Of a stretch of DNA of 64,000 nucleotides, positions 26,200 through 38,259 are shown one piece after another. A program made the translations under genes and the position numbers. Under the pieces are notes generated by a model. The model was not told the origin of the DNA. It made no database searches and saw only the letters and a list, made by a program, of their open reading frames with translations. Every line of letters starts with the position of its first letter. Positions within the stretch are counted from its first letter, which is position 1. Source of the DNA: Octopus vulgaris (Eukaryota); NCBI GenBank assembly GCA_951406725.2, contig OX597817.1:13516001-13580000 (forward strand), given 5' to 3'.

Positions 26200-27700
26200 A
26201 TTGTAGAGGGAACATGTGGAAGAGGTAGACCCAGGAAGATGTGGGACAAAGTGGTGAGAAAGGATCTACAGATGTCGGGACTCACAGAAGGGATGACAGG
26301 GGACTGAGACTCCTGGCAGTTTGTTGTGCTTGAAAAGACACACCAAGCTAATTAAAAGCATGGTTGCCCTTGTATACTGGCTCTTCCCCTGTGGCCCTCT
26401 CCAGATGATCATCCCTAATATTGCAGGCTCGTAGGTGCTGGTACCACATAAAAAGCACCCATGCTGTGTAAAAGCACCCAGTACACTCTGCAAAGTGGTT
26501 GGTGTTAGGAAGGGCATCCAGCCATAGAAACCACGTCAAAGCAGACATGGAATCTGAACAGCCCTTCAACTGGTCAGCTCCTGTCAAACCATCAAACTCA
26601 TGCCAGCATGGAAAATGGATATTGAATGATAATGATGATGATGATGGAATTAAAAGCAGCACTGGCATTGTAAACATTATCAACCGTATATAATGTATGT
26701 GTCTTGCTTGTTTACCAGTACACTGCAGTATAGCACATTGGAGATGACTCCCTCATAATGCAGGGTTTTATGTTTACATTATATGAAAGTTAAGAGAAAA
26801 ATTCCAGCTATGGAAACTAAACCTTGAATCATACAGTCTCAGAGTAAACTTGGCAAAGGTTTTACTAAGTGGTTGTAAAGACAAGACCTTTGATAACCAC
26901 CTGGGAAATGTTTGTAGTCAAGATGCAGAAAAGGAATGAATGGGTAGAAATTCCATCCAGTATACTCTGTGTGATCTGTGAGTGCACAAGAGATGCATGG
27001 AATCAAAGATAGGGTGACAGTGAATAGAGATTTTGCCTGTGGTAGGTGTATTACTGGTGAGCTTGGAGAACACCCAAATAAAGTCAATTTATTTACAGTA
27101 CTCAGAAGGCACTAGAGTTGTTGATAGCTTCTGTTTCCTAGGTGACCTAATCAACTGAGAGAGAGGATGTACTTAATGTGTAGTGGCCTGAATTGGAATC
27201 AGGTGGGAAAAATTCAGGAAGCTATTACCTTTGCTGATAACAAGAGAAGTCTCTTCCTGAGCAAAAAGTGGATTGTATGATGTATGTGTACAAACTGCAA
27301 TGCTGCATGATAGTGAGATGTGGGTACTAAATGCAGAAGATGTGCAAATGTTGAAAAGAAATGAGGCAAGCATGATCTGATGGGTGTGCAATGTTACTGT
27401 GTATAATAAACAATGAGGTGCATATATATATATATAAGAGGGATTAGCTGTAGTAAGCAAGGGTGGCACCTATGCTGATATGGACATGTAATGCATATAG
27501 CTTATAATAGGCCGGGATGGCAGGAGTGAAGGAGTGCCAAGAGATTTATCTAGAAGGATTCAATAGAAGAGGAAAACCAAGAACTGGATGGATCTGTGGA
27601 TTACCAATCTCAGGAAGTTTAACTTTGGACAAGTGGTAGGACGCTATGTTGGCAAGGCCTTGTCCAACCCATGCAAGCATAGAAAAAATCCGGAAGATAT
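26200..27700 (+). mobile_element. Two older decayed RTE fragments (RT C-terminus plus 3' UTR)
   Basis: Degenerate matches to 29270-30800, e.g. ggaagaggtagacccaggaag and ttctgtttcctaggtgacc. Confidence 0.65.
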
Positions 27701-28067
27701 AAAAATGATGTTGTATGATTAAGAAGCTTGCACTGTAACCATATGGTTTTAGGTTCAATCCCACTGCATGGCACCTTGGACAAGTTTCTTTTACTATAAC
27801 TCTGGGCTGACCAATGCTTTCGGTAGATGGAAGCTGTGTGGAAATCCATCACATACGCATGTATTGTGTGTGTTTGTGTCTCCTGGTTTTGGATGTTGGT
27901 TTGTTTACATCCCTATAACTTGGTGGTTTAGCAAAAGAGACAGACAGACTAAGTACTAGACTTTAATAAATAAGTATTTAGGTCAACATGCTCGACTGAA
28001 TCCTTCAAGATTGTTCCAGCATGACTGCAGGTCAATGACTTAAACAAGTAAAAGATAAGATGGTAAG

Positions 28068-28243
28068 GCCGTTACGTTGTGAGTTCAAATTCCGCCGAGG
28101 TCGACTTTACCTTTCATCCTTTCGGGGTCGATAAATTAAGTACCAATTACGCACTGGGGTCGATGTAATCGACTTAATACCTATGTCTGTCCTTGTTTGT
28201 CCCTTCTATGTTTAGCCCCTTGTGGGTAATAAAGAAATAGGTA
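28068..28243 (+). mobile_element. SINE family B, 5'-truncated
   Basis: Family B body and tail. Confidence 0.8.
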
Positions 28244-28381
28244 AGATATATATATATATATAAACACCCACCCACATACATTGTTTACCCTGTTAATTTT
28301 AAAGTGGAGTGTTCCAGTTTTCAATGAACAGAGTTACCTTATGATGGGGATGATGATGATACACTATATATATATATATAT

Positions 28382-28592
28382 ATAAACAATTGCAATGTGG
28401 AAGGTGTTTATAATGTGTTTAAAAACACACAAAAACCATTAGATTCACTTCAGCATTTAAATTTAATTTGTCAAAATATTTTTGGCGGTTTAAAACCATG
28501 AATGGCTTATAAACACCTTCCAAGCTGCAATTGTTTTTGCTTCAGCCCACGATCTCAGATCAAGTCACTTGCTGTGCAAGTACATCTCCATA
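28382..28592. mobile_element. (TA)n-embedded element with an inverted repeat (Penelope-like fragment?)
   Basis: aaacaattgcaatgtggaaggtgtttataa and ttataaacaccttccaagctgcaattgttt form an IR; flanked by (TA)n. Confidence 0.4.
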
Positions 28593-28605
28593 ATATATAT
28601 ATATA

Positions 28606-30065
28606 TGCTACAAAGGTAAAGGTGATGCCCTGGATACAAATAATTACAGAGGTATCAAGCTGTTGGATCAGGTAATGAAGGTTACGGAGAGGGTCTTAGC
28701 CCAACTAATTAGAGAGAGAGTTAGTTTAGATGAGATGCAGTTTGGGTTTGTCCCAGGGAAAAGCACCACTGATGCTATATTCCTGGTAAGGCAGCTGCAG
28801 GAGAAATACCTAGCCAAGGATAAGCCCCTGTACCTGGCTTTTGTTGACATGGAGAAAGCCTTTGATAGGGTCCCCCGATCCCTCATCTGGTGGTCAATGA
28901 GGAAACTAGGGATAGATGAATGGCTGGTGAGGGCTGTGCAAGCCATGTACAGAGATGCCGTAAGTAAGGTTAGAGTTGGCAACATGTACACAGAAGAATT
29001 CAAAGTAGAGGTTGGGGTCCACCAGGGTTCAGTACTCAGCCCCCTCCTATTTATCATAGTCCTCCAGGCAATAACGGAGGAATTCAAGACAGGTTGCCCC
29101 TGGGAGCTCCTCTATGCTGACGACCTCGCTCTAATCGCTGAGTCACTATCAGAACTGGAGGAGAAGTTCCAGGTGTGGAAGGAGGGTTTAGAATCGAGGG
29201 GCCTTAGAGTCAACCTAGCTAAAACCAAAGTACTAATAAGTAGAAAGGTAGAAAACCCACAAATATCATCAGGAAGATGGCCCTGCTCGATCTGTAGAAA
29301 AGGTGTAGGTAGAAACTCTATAAGATGTACCCAGTGTAAGCTATGGACACATAAGAGGTGCAGCAATGTCAAAGGTAGGCTAACTGGGAAGATAGTTTTT
29401 GTATGTGGCAGGTGCTCTGGAGCACTGACCTCCGAAAATCTGCAGAAAACAACTTCTGTCACTTTCCGGGGGAAAAACTAGAAGTAGTTGATAGTTTCCG
29501 CTATCTAGGTGACCAAGTCAGTAGTGGGGGTGGGTGCGCTGAAAGTGTAACTGCTAGAATAAGAATAGCCTGGGCAAAGTTTAGGGAGCTCTTACCTCTG
29601 CTGGTGACTAAAGGCCTCTCGCTCAGAGTAAAAGGCAGACTGTATGATGCATGTGTACGAACAGCTATGCTACATGGCAGTGAAACATGGGCCGTGACTG
29701 CTGAGGACATGCGTAAGCTCGTGAGGAACGAAGCCAGTATGCTCCGATGGATGTGTAATGTCAGTGTACTTACTCGACAGAGCGTTAGTACCTTGAGAGA
29801 AATGTTGTACCTAAGAAGCATCAGTTGTTGTGTGCAAGAGAGACGATTGCGCTGGTATGGTCATGTGGCGAGAATGGATGAAGAGAGGTGTGTGAGAAAG
29901 TGCCAATCCCTAGCAGTTGAGGGAACCCGTGGAAGAGGTAGACCCAGGAAAACCTGGGACGAGGTGGTGAAGCACGACCTTCGGACGTTAGGTCTCACCA
30001 TGGAAATGACTAGAGACCGAGACCTATGGAAGTATGCTGTGCGTGAGAAGACCCGGCAAGACTAG
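28606..30065 (+). pseudogene. RTE reverse transcriptase ORF fragment with a single frameshift near 29470
   Basis: ORFs 28663-29481 and 29403-30065 join if one base is added to the ccgggggaaaaac homopolymer. Confidence 0.9.
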
Positions 30066-30328
30066 TGAAGCCATAATCCGTGGCCCCTACCTGGGACGTA
30101 GTCAGTCCACCTGTGCATACCTTCCTTCTTGTGACACTTGTGAAGACCTGTTGAGGCAAGTGAGAATCGAATCGTATCAAATCAAATCGAACCAAATCAA
30201 AATAGATGAACATCAATGGAATTTGTATCCTTGTGGTACCAGTGCCGGTGGCACATAAGAAAACCATCCGAACGTGACCGTAGCCAGTACCGCAATGACT
30301 GGCCTCCGTGCTGAGGGCACGTAACAAA

Positions 30329-30642
30329 CACCATCCGAGCGTGGCCGTCCGCCAGCCTCGTCTAGCACCTGTGTCGGTGACACATAAGAAAACACCATCC
30401 GAGCGTGGCCGTCTGCCAGCCTCGTCTGGCACCTGTGTCGGTGGCACATAAAAAACACCATCCGAGCGTGGCCGTCTGCCAGCCTCGTCTGGCACCTGTG
30501 TCGGTGGCACATAAAAAACACCATCCGAGCGTGGCCGTCTGCCAGCCTCGTCTGGCACCTGTGTCGGTGGCACATAAAAAACACCATCCGAGCGTGGCCG
30601 TCTGCCAGCCTCGTCTGGCACCTGTGTCGGTGGCACATAAAA
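30329..30642 (+). repeat. 63-bp tandem minisatellite (5 near-identical units) in the RTE 3' UTR
   Basis: Units start at 30329, 30393, 30456, 30519 and 30582; a diverged unit lies at ~30263. Confidence 0.95.
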
Positions 30643-31101
30643 TCACCCACTACACTCTCGGAGTGGTTGGCGTTAGGAAGGGCATCCAGCTGTAGAAACA
30701 CTGCCACATCTGACTGGCCTGGTGCAGCCTTCGGGCTTCCCAGACCCCAGTTGAACCGTCCAACCCATGCTAGCATGGAAAGCGGACGTTAAACGATGAT
30801 GATGATGATGATGATGATGATATATATCATCACCACCACCATCGTTTAACATCCGTTTTCCATGCTGGCATGGGTTGGACGGATACATGTTTCCTCAACT
30901 AAATTGGAAGAGAAGTATTCCAGTTTAGTATAGTCTATCTGATGTGCTTCTCTGCGCAGTTTTTGTCTCCCTAATTTTGTGTGAAGGTACGTGACCTAGC
31001 AGTTAAGGTGTTGTACTCACAAACATAAGATCGTGGTTTCAGTTCTCAGACTGCGGGTTGCATTGTGTTTTTGAGCAAAACACTTCATTTCACTTTGCTT
31101 T

Positions 31102-31327
31102 AACCATTTAGTGTTTAAACTGGCCATACCAGGCCAAAATTGTCTTCCTGTTATATGCTCAAACCAGCCAGCTCTGACCTCTCACACCTACCCTACAAAG
31201 TCATTCTAAAAATAAAAAGCTACCTCATCAAAATCTCAGAGTTACAAGATGCTGTACAATTAATTTAAAACAATGTGATTAAACAGGCTTTGCATTTGAC
31301 AGAGAAATCTGAATGCCAAAGGGTTAA
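31102..31327. mobile_element. piggyBac-type MITE (family 2)
   Basis: ttaaccatttag ... aaagggttaa. Confidence 0.7.
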
Positions 31328-31950
31328 TCCTCTAAACTGAAATAAGTTCCAACAATAGGTTTAGGTGTTGACCCTGCAACAAACTGCTGTCCCATTCAGG
31401 TGGAGGTGTTGGGATCTCAGTCACATATGCTATGCTCTTATGAGTCCTTGGGTTCATGATGGACCTAAATCTTGATACGTCGTTCACAAGGCTTAAGTTA
31501 ATTTAGTGCTATGGTAAAAGATAACACACAGTGAAATTGAACCTTGTGATTGTGAAGTAAACTTCTTAGCCACTTGGCCATGTCTTCACACAGTTCTTCT
31601 CTCCTGTATGTGCTAAATGATGAAGGATGGCACCAAACGGTAAAAAGCTGTGAGACTTGTCTAATTCATGCCGACATAGAAAAGCAAATTTATGATGATT
31701 ATAATATGAAGGAATGCAATAAAACTGTTAGAGATTTTGTCTGATTAATAGAATTCATTAAGATGGAATGTTATGTCACTCCTTCTTCCTTTTTTTTTTT
31801 GGTTCCAGATAGTCGTCTAAGCAAGTTGGATCATTAGAATATATTTTTATAGGAACTTTCTCAGAATGTTAATCAGCTATAAGTTTCATTATTAATCAAA
31901 TATATGTATATATATGACCTATTGAAACTATCATTGTTTTAATAATTTAT

Positions 31951-32270
31951 GCGTGGCACCTTGGGCAAGTGTCTTCTACTATAGCCTCGGGCCGACCAAA
32001 GCCTTGTGAGTGGATTTGGTAGACAGAAACTGAAAGAAGCCCGTCGTATATATGTATATATATATATGTGTGTGTGTTTGTCCCCCTAGCATTGCTTGAC
32101 AACCGATGCTGGTGTGTTTATGTCCCTGTCACTTAGCGGTTCAGCAAAGGAGACTGAAAGAATAAGTACTAGGCTTTCAAAGAATAAGCCTTGGGGTCGA
32201 TTTGCTCGACTAAAGGTGGTGGTCCAGCATGGCCGCAGTCAAATGACTGAAACAACTAAAAGGTAAAAGG
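31951..32270 (+). mobile_element. SINE family A, 5'-truncated
   Basis: Body and tail match family A. Confidence 0.85.
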
Positions 32271-32376
32271 AAGGATATATTTCAAAATGTGAGTGGATTG
32301 ATTATGTCTTTAAGATTCATTCACCCTCTCTCCTACTCACTCTATTGTCCATGTTGCCTTGATTGAATGCGGCAAC

Positions 32377-32960
32377 TGTGATGTGGACCTTGTGGGTCTT
32401 GTAGGGTACAAAGCAACTTCACTAGTGCTGGTGCTATGATAAAACTCACCCACTGTGCTCTGCAAAATGATTGGTGAATGAGCAGAGATAATGTGGGGGT
32501 TGAAAGAATTTTTTTTTTTTTGCTCTGTTCTGTTCAAAGCACATGAACCTCTTTAGTGTTGGCATCATCATAAAATGCTTCCAGTACACTCTGTAAAGAG
32601 GTTAGTGTTAGAAATGACAGTTAACCATAGGAATGATGCCAAATGAACAAGATATAGTTCCTTGATAGTGTGATGAGGACCTCTTTAGTCTTGTAGGGTA
32701 CAAAGCAACTTCACTAGTGCTGGTGCTATGATAAAATTCACCCACTGTGCTCTGCAAAATGATTAGTGAATGAGCAGAGTCAATGTAGGGGTTGGGAGAA
32801 CTCTTTTGCTTTGTTTTGTTGAAGGTACAACAACCTCTCTAGTGTTGGCACTGTCATAAAATGCACCCAGCACACTCTGTAAAGAGGTTAGTGTTAGGAA
32901 TGGCATCTAACCAGAGGAACCATGCTTAACGAAACAAATGAGTAAGATATGGTTCCTTGA
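32377..32960. repeat. Tandem duplication, period ~292 bp
   Basis: gtcttgtagggtacaaagcaacttcactagtgctggtgctatgataaaa occurs at ~32396 and ~32687, with colinear downstream similarity. Confidence 0.85.
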
Positions 32961-33089
32961 TGCATCAAGGAGAGTAATAACTTAAAAAAAAAGAACTGAC
33001 TTGGTCTGTGACAACCCACCCAACACATTCCAGGATGGAAAACGGGCATGAAATAATGATGTGGATGAGTTTCAAGATATGTTGGTTTT

Positions 33090-33457
33090 TTTTTACTTGT
33101 TTCAGTCATTCGACTGCGGCCATGCTGGAGCACTGCCTTTAGTCAAGTAAATCGACCCCGGGACTTATTCTTTGTAAGCCCAGTACTTATTCTATCGGTC
33201 TCTTTTGCCGAACCGCTAGGTGACGGGGACGTAAACACACCAGCATCGGTTGTCAAGCAATGCTAGGAGAACAAACACACACACATATATATACATATAT
33301 ACGACAAGCTTCTTTCAGTTTCCGTCTACCAAATCCACTCGCAAGGCTTTGGTCGGCCCGGGGCTATAGCAGAAGATACTTGCCCAAGATGCCACGCAGT
33401 GGGACTGAACCCGGAACCATGTGGTTGGTTAGCAAGCTACTTACCACACAGCCACTC
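33090..33457 (-). mobile_element. SINE family A
   Basis: Reverse copy. Confidence 0.85.
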
Positions 33458-34420
33458 ATCTTCATCATCATCATCATCATCATCATATATCTGTTTTCCA
33501 TGCTGGCATGGGTTGGACGGTTTGGTTGAGGTCTGGAGAGCCATTGGCTGCATCAGACTCCAATCTGATGTTTTTTATATTAGAATGCCGACTTAAATAC
33601 AGTTATAGCTAGTTGGTAAACAAAATGTAACATTATCATATGCCAGCTAATTGACTTTCATGGCTTGTAGAGCTGTATTATTATTACTCGGCATAATTGT
33701 GGCTTGTGCAAGAATTGTGTAGAAGTCATGAATATAAGGATTGAGGTTTCAAATTGCTGCAAGATATTTCTAGTGCAAATCTCCTAAATTTCTTTTTAAC
33801 CCGAGTACTTTTATTTTATTCAGTACATATTGTTACAAGCCTAATCAGGCAATTTATCTTACAATAACAATGTACCTCAACTATCTTCTGTTCCATGTGT
33901 ATCTTCTCTTTTTTTTTATGTGTTATATTTTCATTTCACATGTCCCTACTGCTTGAGCATCCATTTACAAAAGAAATATCTGATATCTCCCAGATCTACA
34001 TTTTTGTAACTGAAGAAGCAACAGTGGGGCTCATTCAAATGCTGTTTAATTCCCTTTATAATAGTCAGTATATCATGAATGATATCTTAAAGTAGCACAC
34101 ACTTCCTGCCCATCTTAAGTACAAAGTATGCTAAGCTCATAAAACTGAACTTTATGAATGATTAGTTTAAACTTTAGTGCTGGTATGTTTTTGCTCCTTG
34201 GCAAAGTACATGACTCTAAAAGCAAGACCCCAGTCAGTCTAATAATAAATTGCTATTCTGGTTCACAGCTAAGTAGTTAGTGATTTGTTAGAAAGGTATT
34301 TAGCATGAAACAAACTATTCCAAGAATTACATATATCCAGTTTGGGCAAAAATGCCTTGCAGTATTTGTTCTGGTTTTTGATATTGTGAGATCAAATTCT
34401 GCTGTGTCTAACTTTACTTT

Positions 34421-34850
34421 CATCATCATCATCATCATCGTCTAACGTCCGTTTTCCACGCTAGCACGGGTTGGACGGTTCGACCGGGGTCTGGGAAGCC
34501 AGGAGGCTGCACCAGGCTCCTGTCTGATCTGGCAGTGTTTCTACAGCTGGATGCCCTTCCTAACACCAACCACTCCGCGAGTGTAGTGGGTGCTTTTTAC
34601 GTGCCAGGGGGGTCCGGCATCGGCCACGATCGGTTGGAGCTTTTAACGTGTCACCAGCACGGAAGCCAGCCAAGGCGGTGCTGGCAACGGCCACGTTCGG
34701 ATAGTGCTTTTTATGTACCACTGGCACTGGAGCCAGTCGAGGCAGCGCTGGCATCGGCCACGTTTGGATGGTGCTTTTTATGTGCCACCGGCACAGAAGC
34801 CAGTCGAGGCGACGCTGGCATCGGCCACGTTCGGATGGTGCTTTTTTCAT
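34421..34850 (-). mobile_element. RTE 3'-end fragment with several subrepeats
   Basis: (CAT)n followed by reverse RTE 3' UTR. Confidence 0.85.
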
Positions 34851-35039
34851 CCTTCAAAATTCATTGGTGCTAGATGGAAGGACCTGCAAACACAGGACTA
34901 TGGCGAAATATGTTGTAGAACATACCTTTGATGTGGAGTTTTACGAGAGGGCACATGTAGAATGATTTTGTTGGATCCTTAAGGTTTTCTAATTTCACAA
35001 AACTATTGAATATCAGTAGCATTTGTTTCTGATGGATAG

Positions 35040-36400
35040 TAGAAATGGTTGAGCATTGGGTAAAATATTTGGTATTTAATTCTGTCCTTTTATATTCTGA
35101 GTTCAAATCACGCTGGGCTGACTATCTTTCATCTCTTTGAAGATTAATAAGATAAGTACCAATAAAGTACTGGGGGCTCAACTTAAAATGATTATATCCC
35201 TTCCCTTAAAAAGAAAAAAAAAAGTGTGGTCTTTTACCTATGTTAGAAATCATCTTTTTCTTTCATCCCTCTGAAGATCAATAAAATAGATTCCAATCAA
35301 ATACAAAGATAGACTATTGATGGAAGTGTCTGCAATAAAATTGATGGCCTTGTGCTCATTAGTAATCAATCCTATTAAACATTATTGTTATTCATATTAT
35401 CATTATAATTAAGGCATTTGTTCTTTGTCTCTGCATTCTGAGTTCAAATTCTGTTGAGGCTAATTTTACCTTTCATCTCTCAAGGGTCAAATAGGATCAA
35501 TTTGATTGGCTGATCTCCCTCCCCCAATATTCCAGGCCTTATGGCATAGTAGGAGCAATTGTTATGTATTATTATTATTGAGGTGGTGAGCTGGCAGAAT
35601 CTTTAGCATGCTGGGCGAAATGCTTAGCAGTATTTTGCCCACAGCTACATTCTGAGTTCCAATTCCACCAAGGTTGACTTCATCTTTCATCCTTTCAGGG
35701 TCAATAAATTAAGTACCTGTGAAACACTGGGGTCAATGTAATTGTCTTATCCCCACCCCCAAAATTACTGCTCTTGTGGCAAAATTTGAAACCACCATTA
35801 TTATTATTGAGTGAGAGAGCAGTGCATGCCATCAAAGTGACACTGGGGTAAAATATACGAAGCCCAATATACCCATTATTATTATTATTATTATTATTAT
35901 TAAGGCAGTGAGCTTGCAGAATTGTTTGCACACTGAGCAAAATGCTTAGTGGTATTTTGTGTGGCTTTATGTTCTGAGTTCAAATTCTACTGAGGTTGAC
36001 TTTGCTTTTCATCCTTTCAGGGTCAATAAATTAAGTACCAGTTGCGTACTGTGGTTGATGTAACCAACTAGTCCCCTCCCCCAGAATTTCAGGCCTTGCG
36101 CCTATTGTACAAAGGATTATTGTTATTATATTTATTGAATTGTTATAAGTCTCCCTTGACCTCAAGTGGCCTGAACTCTTTGCATGAACACCCTCCCTGT
36201 ACATAACTCCATGTCCCCCTACATGGCCTTGCTTTTTGCTTTTTGAGCCCAAAAATTAACTAACTAACTAAGTATTCCACATAATGCCATGCAGTATTTG
36301 CTTTGGTTCTTTATGTTCTGAGTTCAAAACCTGCCATAGTCAACTTTACCTCTTATCTGCTCAGGCCTCATAAAGCAAAATTCAAGTCAAATACTAAGGT
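35040..36400 (+). mobile_element. Cluster of older family-B SINE copies
   Basis: Repeated ttctgagttcaaat...ctttcatcct motifs at ~35095, 35437, 35650, 35972 and 36317. Confidence 0.65.
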
Positions 36401-36716
36401 TGATATACATATATACACACACTTGCACACATGCGTGTACACACAACATAACGTCATGTTTCGTAGTTTCTATAACAACTCTAAGAAAAAACAGAACAGT
36501 GAGATTCAGTTGTTTGCTTTCTTGTTAGATGGGGGGTGCTGGCGTTTCAGATCTGAAAGTCACTTGGCTATAAATATAGTAAAAAGAGACCAGTTTTAAT
36601 TACATTTACAATGAAACTGTCGACTGACTAACGTATAGGTTTTTTTTGTAGCCATGAACTGACTTGTTTTCTTTGTGCCTCTAGAGTCTTCTGGGATATG
36701 TGTAGGTATTAAGTCT

Positions 36717-37147
36717 GTACTCTCTCTTTTACTCTCTTTTACTTGTTTCAGTCATTTGACTGCGGCCATGCTGGAGCACCGTCTTAAGTCGAGCAAATCG
36801 ACCCTGGGACTTATTCTTTTTGTAAGCCCGGTACTTATTCTATCGGTCTCTTTTTGCCGAACCGCTAAGTGACGGGGACGTAAACACACCAGCATCGGTT
36901 GTCAAGCAATGCTAGGGGGACAAACACACATACACAAACACACACACATACACACACATATATATATATATATACATATATACGACAGGCTTCTTTCAGT
37001 TTCCGTCTACCAAATCCACTCACTAGGCTTTGGTCGGCCCGAGGCTATAGCAGAAGACACTTGCCCAAGATGCCACGCAGTGGGACTGAACCCGGAACCA
37101 TGTGGTTGGTTAGCAAGCTACTTACCACACAGCCACTCCTGCGCCTA
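36717..37147 (-). mobile_element. SINE family A
   Basis: Full-length reverse copy. Confidence 0.85.
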
Positions 37148-38259
37148 TACGTGCATGAATACATTTGTGGGTACCTATATATGCATACGTAAACATGTGT
37201 GTGCATGCATACACACACACACACACAAATCTTTATTTCTTTCTACGAGTATATATGTATAAATATATAAAGGAAAGCTTTAACCGTCACTTTTCCTTTA
37301 TGGTTTTTATATTGTGCTCTGCAGAGTAGGAGGTGTTAGGAAGGGCACCCAAACATAAAACTGTATCAAAAGTGCAGATGATGTGGATGGATTTGTATAC
37401 TGCAGCATTGATAGACCACATGTGTAGCAGTATGACTAATTCTAAATAGAAACTAATACAGTGTAAATTAGGTTGCCTTGTATTTTGCACATTGGTTATA
37501 GCAATGTGGCCCAGAGGATGTATAGAACAGAGCAATGACTGAGGATGTACGTAGGTGAGGGGATAAAAGAAGTAAACAGTTGAGTGACAGTATGATGAGA
37601 AGGGATTCATGGAAAACGCTGTTGGAAGGAGTAATGTAAGAGAGACAGCAATGACAAAGGAATTCCAACCATGTTTTGTGGTTCACTACCTCAACAGCTC
37701 CTTTATAGGATCCAGTGGCTCCTGTGTACAGAGCCTATATTTCGCTAATATGCAGCATTGGACTTTGTACACAAGTATCACATCTGAGAGAGAAGCCCTT
37801 TGTTACTGGCAGGGCTTTCTGAAGTTTCTCAACCCATTCTTACTCTGGTTGCTATGCTTTCAGTACACCCTCCTTCACTGCATAACATACATAACAGAAG
37901 CTATTAACTACTTGGGAAGTAGCCGGTCATTAGACAAAATTATTTCACAAGTGTTCTAAGTGCTTACACACACACATATATATTTGTGTGTGTATATAAA
38001 TATATGTATTTATATAATAATTTAATGTCCAATTTTTCGAGCTTACATGAGTCGGACAGAATTTGCTCAGGCAGATTTTTCTACAGCCAGATGACCATCT
38101 TGTCAACTTTCCCGTTTCCAAGTAAGGTGTCATTTCTCATTAGCCTGAAATGAACAACCTTGGCTTGTATGCCAATGATGCACATTTACAATCATCACAT
38201 GATTTCTAAACAAGAGTACACACAAACACACACACCTACATACATATATACACATCTCA

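Larger units (their letters stand above)
28606..30820 (+). mobile_element. Young 5'-truncated RTE-clade LINE (RT region, 3' UTR, (GAT)n tail)
   Basis: Begins YKGKGDA..NYRGIKL; contains QFGFVPGKSTTDAIF, AFVDMEKAFDRV, GVHQGSVLSPLLF, LYADD, FRYLG, RRLRWYGHV and RGRGRPRKTW; inserted in a TA tract. Confidence 0.95.

Noticed and set aside
30329-30642. CRISPR-like regular repeats with an internal dyad
   Set aside because: Units are contiguous with no unique spacers, lie in a LINE 3' UTR in eukaryotic DNA, and there are no cas genes
30010-30776. Long repetitive ORFs (208 aa, 187 aa) on the minus strand
   Set aside because: Artefact of a 63-bp (multiple of 3) tandem repeat read antisense to the RTE
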